Of a DNA stretch of 64,000 nucleotides, positions 39,326 to 50,029 are shown in pieces; the first letter of the stretch is position 1; each line of letters starts with the position of its first letter. The notes under the pieces are model-generated. The model saw only the letters and a program-made list of their open reading frames with translations. It had not been told where the DNA came from and did no database searches. Origin of the DNA: Klebsormidium nitens (taxonomy: Eukaryota; Plantae; Klebsormidiophyceae); assembly GCA_000708835.1 (NCBI GenBank), contig DF237344.1, forward strand, positions 22,648 through 86,647, read 5' to 3'. The position numbers and the translations under genes were made by a program.

Positions 39326-40912
39326 CTGCAGAAAAGAATCTAGCGAATGGGTCCTCGACGTCGCAACTACAGTAACGACTTGAGCTTGACAAGAAGCGGA
39401 ATGATCATCCCGTCTCTTCCATCAAAAGAGATTGCAAGCTGTTTTGAAGACGTTGCAGACATGCTTAAAGTCCAGTCTCTTCATACTATACTTCCTAAGA
39501 GCTCTATTCCCCAGTGGTCTTGAGGCACTTAACGCCTCCTCTCTCCGCTTTCTTCCTGCCATCTTCAGCCTTTGGACTGATCAGCCTTTCCGAGGCAGTC
39601 TGGATTCAAAAACCCCTCTGTGCTTCTATCAGGTATGACTCACGCCGATTACAGCAGATAAAAACAAACATTGTCCCATTTTTCTCATTTTCCCCTAGCT
39701 TTATCCAAAGAGTTTGCCAGAGGCTAAAGGACTCACCCGACGACCCATTGAGTGGCGTCCACTTGAGTGTAGACCAGCCTCCTTGGATACATTGTACTCC
39801 TGTATGTGTTTGAAAAGGTGAGTTTTGCTCCTAATGATCTTTCTTGTAAGACGTTCGGACCAAGATTTGTCTGATTTGATGGGCCTCCGATAAGCAATAA
39901 GAGTGGCTGCTTATCAGCGGGTTTGAAGTTGTAGGTAGAGCCTGAAGGCAAATCTCTGGAAGAAAGCAAAGCCCACTTGCGTGTAGATCCCAGATTCAAG
40001 GACGTCTGTGGTTCAGGAACGTACAGCTCTCACCTGATGAGAAGGGAAGCAACGAAGGTTTGAAACTGCGAGGTCCAACCGTTCGAGAACGAGGTTAAGA
40101 TTGGAGCCCAGTTGGGCTCAAGAGATTGGTAGTCTTCAAGGAAGAATGCGACTCAGGAGAGAAACCTTGCGGCTCGGGTATTCGTTTCTTTGGGCGCTTC
40201 TGTGTTTTCCGCGGCCCCTCCGCAAAAGAAGTGTCCTGGCGAAGCTTCAGGCCGCCTTCCCTAAGGTTCTCTAAGAGTACGTACGCCTTCAGATTTTCCG
40301 TTCTTACAAAGACGAGACTCAAGAGTGGATCTGATCGAGTTGATTCCTTGATCGGTGTAAACGAGCCCTGTCACATCATGATGTTTGGACTCTTTAACAA
40401 ATATCTGAAGCGATCGTCTTGGCAACCAGACAGAATCATTTACCTAGACACGGACTCGAAGCAAATATGAATCTCGACTCTCGAGGCACCAACGGAAACC
40501 CAGTCACATCAAACGTGCTCGAATCAAGCAGGGCTCGTACTTTTCGGATATCGATGTCTTCGTGCACCCAATGAAACGCTAGTTTGGGTTATCGCAAGAT
40601 TTTAAACAGCCAATCACTAAGTGGCCCGAGATTCTACAAGAATCTGCTGCCTCAAACAAGTGTGACGCCACGCTTGATGGGCATCCCATAGGCTGTTCAA
40701 AGCGGCATGAAAGTCAAACCTGACTCTGCGTATTGATTTATAGCAAACACTGTTTCGGCATGAAAAAGATGCTTCCCCGGCTATTAGTCTCCAAGTCTCA
40801 GTGAGGCTTAAGTGGCTGCTGTTTTTGTTGTCGCCACAGAAACTAAAGACGGTCTAGAGCCCGCCTGCCAAACTCTTCACTGACCCCATCCGTGAAGCTA
40901 CAAAACGATATC

Positions 40913-42188
40913 ATGGCCCGTGTTCAAGCTCTGGAGGAACAGCCCAAGTTCGAGGTTGAAGACGCATGGAACCTTCTGAAGGACCTTAAGGGCAGGTTTT
41001 CAAACAGCTTAATATCCGTCTGCAACAAAAACGGGTTGAAGTTTGACTCTGCTCTTCAGGAGCTCTGGGCGGCAAGCATCAAGAGATACACGACATATTC
41101 GGAGTGGGAGCAAGCGGAGGGGTCCAAAGCTTTGGGTGGGTATGACTTGGAGGCCGCTCTTGAGGGGCTCAAGCTCGGCGCAGCAGAAGAAGGCGTCAAA
41201 GAGGAGGCAAGCGGCGCAGAGGTCAAGGCGCGCAAAAACACGAAGGAAAAAGGGGTTCTGTATTTCACAGGGCCGCAGTGCAAACCCGCAGTGCTTTCAA
41301 GCATCAAGGAGGCCAGAAAGTCGATCCATGTCATCATGTACCTTTTCAATGACGAAGACATCGCTGGAGCTTTGGTCGCAAGTGCAGAGGCGGGAAAAGA
41401 TGTCTCCGTCATAATGAGCGAGGAAAACTTCAAGGAGAAAGCGCCCGGATACAAAAACGCAAAGTTTTTCCTGGAGAACACCTGCGGTGGGCGCCTGCGG
41501 GTAGGTCTTCAGATTGCATCAAGACGGTAAAGTGCGGTCTTGGTTCAGCTCTCTCTGTTTCAGGAACTTGGGCCCGAAGCTCTTCTGTCAATATCTGTAT
41601 GCTTGGCGCCAGAAAATCCGCCTTTCTCGATTGAGATCCTTTTCGCTTGAACAACATGAGACCACGTCCGCAGAGTCATAGCCAATGAGAACAAATAGAG
41701 TGGATTACTCATACAAGGGAGACCTGATGTCATCTCGAGCAACTCAAACGACAGTGATATTGCTAGAGCAAGCCATACTAGTCGCTGACGTCAAGCGTCA
41801 ACCGCTGGGAATTTTGCTTTGTAATTAGAAATCATCGATGTAAGCACACAGCGCTTAGGATTGTAAAATTATTTGTTTGCTTACGAGCTGTGTCCAGCCG
41901 TGCTCAGACAATGAATTCCTGAGATCTCCTGAGATTAATGGTGTTCTGTAGGTGTACCGCGCTGGCACTCCTCCAGGCCATGAGTACGCGTCTATGCACA
42001 TTAAAGCTCTCGTGGTGGACGAGAGGACTGTCCTTCAAGGGAGCTACAACTACACATACATGGCAGCTAGGTATAATGAAGAGTTGCTCGCTCGTTCCCA
42101 GGATCCATGTAAGACTGTTTTGGGTATTTTTGAAGCCCTCAGGGCTGACGCAGGGACAAAAAGGATGCGGCGAAAGGGTGTCAAATAG
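40913..42188 (+). CDS. Single-HKD phospholipase D superfamily protein (Nuc/Zucchini-like) with an unrecognised N-terminal domain; about 274 aa, 2 exons
   Basis: Exons 40913-41500 and 41952-42188. It has a complete HxK(x)4D(x)6GSxN motif, MHIKALVVDERTVLQGSYNYTYMAARYNEE, plus the upstream Nuc-like segment IKEARKSIHVIMYLFNDEDIAGALV. Extra 5' exons are possible. Confidence 0.85.
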
Positions 42189-43065
42189 ATTTTGGTGCCT
42201 ACGCACTAACAGAATGACACAATTCTTTGTATGATATATGGACACCCCCTCAGATAGATTTTGCATGAAAAGGACAGACCTGCAAGAACAGGCATTCAAT
42301 TAAGCGTGTGGGTATGTACTGGAAGTAGCAATCCTAGAGTAAGATCGGAGGTGCATAAATGCAAGGTTAAAATTCTCTCACAAGGAATTATATGCAATCA
42401 GACAGAATCTGGATTAGCCTAGGCCGCATTGGAAAGGTAGGCACAGTACATTCCATCCAATTGCAAGCTAGGGCAGCGCTTTCGGAAAGGCTAGGCTGGT
42501 CAGGTTCGATTATCCTACGTCTGGCTGAAGCCCTTCCAAGTAGATCAAAAAGAAACCCTGACGATTGGTCAACTTGATTACAAAGATTGAAGTTGTGAGA
42601 CAGTCGTACAGGCCGCGTCACTCATCGACTGCATGGATCGGTCAGCCACCTTAAAGGCTATGATATCGCCGTGCGCGAAGCATGCAAACATGCCGACTCG
42701 GGTATCAAAATCCAAACATCTGTTGGCATCTGAGCGGTTTACGGTAGCACTAGCCCGCGAGTCACCGTTTCACCACATGTTCCCATTAAGACCTTCCAGC
42801 GCTTTGCATACGAGCTGCGGTCTGACATGTCCTTTCCGTGCAAAGCAGCTCAAGGTCCGTTCTCACCAGATCAGATTACTAATTAAGTATACATGCTTTT
42901 AGTCTTGCAAGCTTCCTCCCTTGACTGTTTATTCAGATTAAGTCCTGTGAACTTTCCGCAGTGCTATGCTTGAAAGGTTTCCATCGCAAGTAAGAGCAGC
43001 TCACTCAAGACAAGTACCCACCTCCCAATAAGCTATCAGTACAACAATATAAGCGTGCTACCATG

Positions 43066-45741
43066 CTATCTGCCCCACGCGTTCGGGGCCCCTCCCTGTG
43101 GCCCGTACCCCTGCCCATACGCCGGCCCCCCCTGGGGCATATTCCCCCCCTGCATATACTGAGGCGTACTCATTCCGCTCCCCTGATATTGCTGAGGGGG
43201 ACCCCCCTGGCCATAACCCGACGGCGAGCTGGGCTGTTGTCCGTAATACGGACCCCCCTGCGGCTGCGCGGGGGGGTACATTTGCTGCTCGTATTGCTGC
43301 TGTTGATACTGCGCGGGGGGGTAGGGGTTCTGCTGCAGGGGGGGCGCGTTGGGCGCCATCGGGTACGGCTTCGGCCCCCCGAAACCGTTGGGGCTCATCT
43401 GCGCGCTTTGGGGGGGTGGGTTCTGGGTCATGAGCGCGGAAGGGGACCCCCCTGGAACGTAACCGATTGGCTGCATTTGCTGCGTGGGGGGCGGGGTGAT
43501 GATGGCCGGGGGGCCCGCGAGGAACGCCTGGGGGGGCTCCTTTTTGAGCTGTCGGTATTCTTGGCAGAGGGCGAAGCAATGGCACCAGAAGTGGGTGCAG
43601 CAGTCGCCGCACGGGGACTCCTGCAGGAACCGGGGGAAAGTTTCAGCAAGAGACTCGTCGCAATAAAAGCCTTCTTTTCAGTAAAAGCTTTCGTTTCAGT
43701 ATGTTGCCGAGAGGGCGAAGTGAAAAGTGTGCAAGGGAACAGGGTCACTGCTTCGAGTGCTGGTTGGAAGGGTGCCGAAGCCAACACGTTTCAACGGTTC
43801 GCGCACTCTGCTCTTCGAATTGCCCGATTACGTGGGCTCGACTTGGATGTTGGGACGCGCTACGGTATTTCAGACGATTGACTTGGAAAGCGCCGCTTCG
43901 CGTTTTGTCAGCCAATGGTATCTCCGGCAGACAAAGCTCCGTTCGTTATCTTAGAGGAAGCTGCACGAGACGGTAAGTAAGATGGAGCGTGAGAAGAAGA
44001 ACGGACGCTTCTGCCTCCGGCTCCCACTTGCCCCGAGTGCGAGCGCCAACTTTGGTTTCTTTCGTGGCCGGTTTCGAGAGTCTGTTTCGGAAAGCGCGTA
44101 AGACAACGAACAGCACGGAAGCAACGGCTCTTCCAAACGCACACCACTGGACGGGATGCGCGTCCGTCGAAAACCTGTAGGATTGTATCAATCCGGACAC
44201 GTTCTGGTGCCCTCGCGAGAGCAGAACTTTTTGGGACGATTCCGGACAACTCGCCTTTACGTTGTACTTGGCTCGCAAGTCCAATTTGCGGACCAAGTCT
44301 AGGATCGTACCCAATTGGGCACTTTGGACACTTTCTTGGACGCCTTGAAACTGTAGGTAGTCCCCCAGCAAAATCCTCGGACGCTTTCGGACGGCTCAAC
44401 ACCAGGTTGTACTTGGCCCGGATGCGCGTCCGGTACGCGGAGGCCTTTTGAATCTATCACGAGTCCGGCACTTCGGACACGTCGTCTGGACGCCTGTAGC
44501 GACACATACAACACCAGCTAACAATGCGAGACATTTTTTAGTTTTCGGACGTCCTCTCGACGTTCCCGGACGGCTCACCACCAGGTTGTACTTGGCCCGT
44601 ATCCGTGTCCGGTACGCGGATGCGTAGCAGGAGACGCAGCCGACGGCGGTGCAGACCACGTGCATGATGCAGGGGCAGCAGCACTCGCCCTCCAGCTGCT
44701 CCACGTTCCAACCAAACACCACGCACGGGCACAGCAGGCCCATGCAGCCTGGAGCGGAGATTGGTGTCAAAGTCTAAAAGTCAGTCGCCCTCACAATTAG
44801 CTATTGGAAACCACGAATCAGACACAGCAGGTCGATGCGCTTTGATAGAAAGGACGGTTTTAACATTAGACATTCTCCAGCTGCTCCACGTCCCAGCCGA
44901 ACACCACGCACGGGCAAAGCAGGCCCATGCAGCCTGGAGCAGGGAATAGTGTCAAAGTCAGTCGCCCTTGCAAGTAGGCAGAAGATACCACGAACCAGGC
45001 ACAGCGGGTCGAAGTGCGTTGGAAGGAAAGACGTGCTAAAGCCAGTCTCCCTCCGCGGCGGTAGTCTGGATTCTGAGCTCGCCTTTGAGAAGTGAGGTGC
45101 ACTTGCTCCAGAAGACTCAAGCCTGGTAATTCAGCAAAGAGGACCTTTTAACATCTGGTGCACGCTGATAATGGCCCAGGCAAAATTTGCTCCGGATTGT
45201 CTGCTTAAATTTCTGCGATTACGTTCCCAAGCTGACCGATGCGGTTTTCTCTCCCAGCATTTAGTGAAGAGTACCCTTGCTTTTATTCCTCAAACTCAGT
45301 CCTAAAGGCTTCCTCCCTGCTTCTCTGGTCTGCCGTTGCAGGGCGCCCTTCAAGCAGCCTGGTAAAATTCAAGAACTCGAAGCCCAGTTGAAACAGCAGG
45401 ATACGGCACAGGGTAAAAGTGTACCACAGCACAGAAAGCACAAGGTAAATTGTTGGCCAAGCAAAAGAGTGTGGGTAAACCCATACCATACTTCTGGAAA
45501 AAGCAGTGACTCTAGAATGAAATGTGAACGGGCTTGTTCTGTGTGAAACAAATCAGCAACAAGGAGCGGAGAGCAGAATTTTGTTGGGCGGAGCGTGACA
45601 GCGCTCACAGCTGCAGCAATCCCCGCAGCAGCCACATAGTCCGCTGCTCCATTCCGTTGGAGGAGGGGCGCCAAAGGCGGTCACCGGAACGACACTCGTT
45701 GGCTGCGGAGCGACCTGAAACTGCCGTGGGAGTCCCGCCAT
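43066..45741 (-). CDS. PLAC8/PCR-family Cys-rich protein with a P/Q/G/Y-rich C-terminal tail; about 285 aa, 3 exons
   Basis: Exons 45741-45609, 44748-44579 and 43620-43066. Motifs: [31 protein letters not shown] and [26 protein letters not shown]. Confidence 0.92.
44190..45040 (-). repeat. Degenerate tandem copies of PLAC8 exon-2 borders in the flanking introns
   Basis: A copy of the intron end plus the first ~20 codons of exon 2 (44874-~45040) ends in TAA. Copies of the exon-2 3' end plus donor lie at ~44317-44440 (donor GT changed to TT) and ~44190-44278 (GC donor). Confidence 0.85.
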
Positions 45742-48520
45742 GGCTTGCGCGGATCGGTGCCCACTTTCTGACGATTGAAGGCTCTTACTTCGATACTATG
45801 TCAGGTGCAATACGTGGGCGCTGAATAACTGTGCGGAGAGATTTGCCTCCTGTATCAGGCTTTGTTTCCTTGGTCTTATCTCCTTGTTTGCTCACGAGAG
45901 TCCTCCTTCTCTGCGCCGCGGCTTCAAAAGTGGATGAGTAAATTTGACAAGCACCGGTCGTCTCAAGGATCGTGTCATTTACCATGCTCCTTGTGATGCT
46001 GCAAGGAACGAGGCCAGAGTCTTTGTCAAAAACTCTGTTTAGGAGAGCGTGCAAAGATTACCTGACACTACCGAAATTCTGGTCTCTTTATTAATTTGAA
46101 GCCTTTCAAGTTTACCTCAAAATCGTGGAAGGAGGCGCGCAGGGTCTCAGGATATTGGCAGACCTTGACGTCAGAGCGAGGTTTCTGCGTCAGAGACGTT
46201 CGACCAAATCTCCTGAAGTTTGATGCGGATCTTCCCCGCCGCACTCAACAAAAACCCCCTCAGCGCCTCTGGTTGGATCCGGAGCACTTGAGTACTTGCC
46301 TGCCCCACGTTAGCTGTACACGATCACCCACCTAGGTACCTTTTATAGAGGGCGGCCGGCCCGCTGCACGAAGGGGGCATCAAGTTGCAATTATGTCCAA
46401 GTGCGCGTCGTGCAGCATGACCATCATTTTGCTAGGTATCACTAGTAGTAGCTAGCCGGGCGTATGGCAATGCATGTGCTCGTCAAGAGTCAAGTACTCC
46501 AAGTTCGACCAGAAGGCTCCCGCGCCCCCTGGAGTACTGCTTTTGTACCCTGCCGGTAACACCGATTCTCTCATTCACCAGATTATACCGTAGTGCGGTA
46601 GTAATACTAGCATTACCTTAGCACTAGCATTGTTAGCATTTTACAAAATCCGCACTGAACCGGACGTCGTGCAGTGGTATACGGAACTCGCTCGAAGAGC
46701 ATGTTTGCGCGCGCACAGCAGCCGTAGCGGTTACGCACCGTCGACTCGGGATCTCCGCTCGTCGCTCGACGGCTTTGAGAACACCGGTATCTGGCTGGCG
46801 CATGCAGTACTCAGCCTACACTGAACTGAACAGTTGTTTCTGGATTCTTCACCTGCTGGTCAATCTGCCTGCACTGATGTCAGACGTTGTCTTCAAAGGC
46901 TCAAGTTCGAGTTCAAGTTGCCTCGATCTCACAGCTGGGCAGCCTCAAGTAAATACAATGCAATACCAAACCGCGCACTAATTGTTGACGGTCCCATTGA
47001 TGGCCCGTTGTTCGCATCACTGATCATCTACTGCACGCGACTGGCCATGGAAGCGGATCTGCGTCATTCGATATACAAAATTTAGCGTGTCTGACCAGAG
47101 GCAAGCAAAGATTCAAAGCAGTGGAACTCTCGACGAACCAATGACCGCCCCCGAAGAACACCTAGCGATAATCCATCTCGAAATCCTTGTGCGCAGCAGG
47201 GTTGCTCATCAACGTCCAGCTAGCTGATCGACTCTTGAGTTTCTGCTTTGCGTATCTGCACCTTTCTGTTCAGCTGTGACAAAGACGTGTACATAGATAT
47301 GCAGTGCAGCCGGGCGGGACAGAGGCCGGCCGCGGATATGCAGGTTTTAGTTAGTAACAAAAGGACCCGTTTTTGCTCGTAGCCTGCACCAATTCTAGTT
47401 GCTAGCTAGATCTGCTAGCTGGCAGCTAGCTAGACCAGCCTGGGTCAAACTTCTGTGTGTCGATGCACAAATTACCAGCAATGCATAGCACGTTTTGCAA
47501 AAAACTTCAGGAATATTTCAACACCTTCCGAGCGCAGAGAAACGTGTGCGCGCCACACTGGCGGAAGTCCAATATTAGCAACGAAATGTAACAAAGATCT
47601 TGTCCATAAATCATGTAACGTACGAGCTGTCGTGCTATGCACGGCTGCAAACTGCCGTGCTGGTGGCCAGTCCCTATAAGATGCAGCCTGCAATAATGCA
47701 CTTATTGGAGCGAGCCCATTCTACTCCATTGCATCCACATCCTTTTTGTTCCGACATCGACGAGGAGTCGATCCCGGGATGCGCAGCGGATCCTTGATCC
47801 TCAGTGCCACGGACTGGTAGCTTTTACGAGTTCCAAGAAACATTGATGCAAATGCCAGCAAGTCGACTATGTGAGATTAAAAAAGAGCAAATGAGTGCCC
47901 CAGCAACTTATCAATTCACATATGTTTTCTGGCCATTGACATAAAAGCGATCGTTATCTACCTTTCAGAACTATATATACATCAGCAAGTCCCTTCTGAT
48001 TTTGACACCAATATGCTTGTCGACTAAGTCCTGGACAAGTCAAATTGCCGGCACCGGGACAAAATTACACTGTCAATTGAGAGATGCTCTCATCCGAAAT
48101 CCTTCTCTCTCGAGACCTTAGCCACCCAATGTTTCAACACCAGCTTTTCTACGATCTTTCTAGGGGTCCTTTCATGCAGCCTTGTTTGCCCGAGCCTGAA
48201 GTACAGGTGTTTCTTAGAGCGCTCTGAGCTTTCTACACATTTCGATCGCCATATGTACGTTCCAGCGGATGTAGGAATAGGTCCATGTTTCATGACTCTC
48301 TTGCTGAGGAGGATCCCTCGACCTTCCCCAAATGACGTTCTTGGCTTTCCCTGCTTTCGTACGCTTTCCTGCATATCCTCCTCGCCACTCTGCCTTGGCC
48401 AGAAAATCTGGTCCAAGTCCACCTCCCTTGTCTTCTAGTCCTGATTAAAGGTAGCAAAAATCGCAACTTGCCACCTGTTCTTAAGCTGCACACAGGACTA
48501 CTTAGGCTAACCCGAGATCT

Positions 48521-48602
48521 CTAAGCGTCCCCCACTTTATGCTGCTCGACATTATTCTATCTCGAGCTCCCTGGTATCTTCCTGGCGGGAAGTCTTAAGC
48601 TT
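48521..48602 (-). repeat. Diverged duplicate of the CAT terminal 27 codons immediately downstream of the original
   Basis: Aligns to 48652-48732 (KLKTSRQEDTRELE...VEQHKVGDA*) with mostly third-position changes and a 1-nt insertion. Confidence 0.85.
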
Positions 48603-48651
48603 TTCAGTTCCCGCCTAGTTTACACTACTCTTGAGGCGTCCCCGCAAATCT

Positions 48652-49411
48652 TTAGGCGTCCCCCACCTTGTGCTGCTCGACATAATCCATCTCTAGCTCC
48701 CTAGTATCCTCCTGGCGGGAAGTCTTGAGCTTCTCGGCCTGTCGCCACGAGGCGCACTCCGTAAACCACGTACACAACGGTGGCGATGCCCGCCCAGATT
48801 GCGAAACGGACGTACGAATCTTTGTCTAAAGTGCCCAGCAGGAAGACGTTCAAGAGCATGGAAGCTGCAATGAGGGGGACGTAGAATAACGAGTGAGCTC
48901 AGGCAGTCTTTCTTGACAAGAGCGGTCGCTCTTGAGTTTACACGTGATGAAGTTTTACTGAGGCACTAAGTTGACGGAAGTATTGCGAGATAGGGACCCT
49001 GAGCATCTGATGTCGTGAAGTGATGAATCCAAACGTGTACTGGCGCTAGCGGACGGCGGAAAGAAACAGCATGGGCGGCTTGCAAAGCGTAAGGCGTCGT
49101 CGAAGATCGAAAGGTTTCCTGCTGTTGTTTCTAAAAGACTCTGAACACCTGAAGCCCGTCGATCAGGAAGATGGATTTGCTTCCTTCTCCAACAGTGGGC
49201 AGAAAACTTATGATCTTCCAAGGACTAAAACAAAGCTTGCTCCGCTTGAGAAAAGATTTGTGACGGCACGATGACGTTGTGCTTACCGGAGGCCAGCCAG
49301 GACATAAGCGGGCATGCCCAATCGTCGGAGCGGCAGACGGTGAGACACGTCAGCGGCAGGAAGAGCGTCGCGGCCGCCCACGCGCCCGCGAAGGCGGCGA
49401 TGCCGTACCAG
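48652..49411 (-). pseudogene. 5'-truncated, frameshifted cationic amino-acid transporter (CAT family) C-terminal fragment
   Basis: Two intron-separated exons, 49411-49287 and 48864-48652, read WACPLMSWLAS|ASMLLNVFLLGTLDKDSYVRFAIWAGIATVVYVVYGV, typical of CAT C-termini. A 2-nt deficit near 48753 (GTG C--GCC TCG TGG) breaks the expected HASW motif. No upstream transporter exons are present before the next gene. Confidence 0.75.
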
Positions 49412-50029
49412 CTGGCAGAGGAAAGGGAGCGGAACCTCAATCAGCTCTATTTCGAGAAAGCAGCCGGACTATATGTTATGCGAACTTAATAGCACAAAAT
49501 CCCATTGGCAAACGTGAAGGGAAGCAGTCAGTCCGGGAAGAACTTTGAGGGATCAAGAATTGATCGATTGGAGGAGAGGACAATATCGTATGGAGCGCCA
49601 TTCATCTAGTAAGCGCAATGTCGCGGCGCCAATGGGAAATTTCGGAAACTAGCTGTGGCTGTGCAAGTTTTCAGTGATTTGTGCTCCAGAAGGATTGCAT
49701 TCAGCATCTTATGAAATTAGTAGGCGGCAATTGTGTGATTATCTGCCGCAAAGGAGCACCTTGGCATGTTAGTACGTAGGAGACTGAGTGCGCACACAGC
49801 AAATGTAGGGACGGCACGTCGAACCCGTCAGCGACAGCTCGGCATATCACGACATTTTCAATATAAGCTGCGACTTGCACTGCGGACCAATTCAAGGTGT
49901 CCGAGCCCGAGCATACCTATACAGCACTTCAGGCCCGACAAGTTCGACAACTTCGACACAACGAGCTCAGAGAAAGCCCAACATGGCCGCCGTACATATT
50001 AGACAAACGCTAAGCAATCCTAGCGAAGG

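Noticed and set aside
46380-47700. CTAG/GCTAGC-rich non-coding stretch resembling Helitron or MITE debris
   Set aside because: I could not define termini, a hairpin-plus-CTAG end or target duplications.
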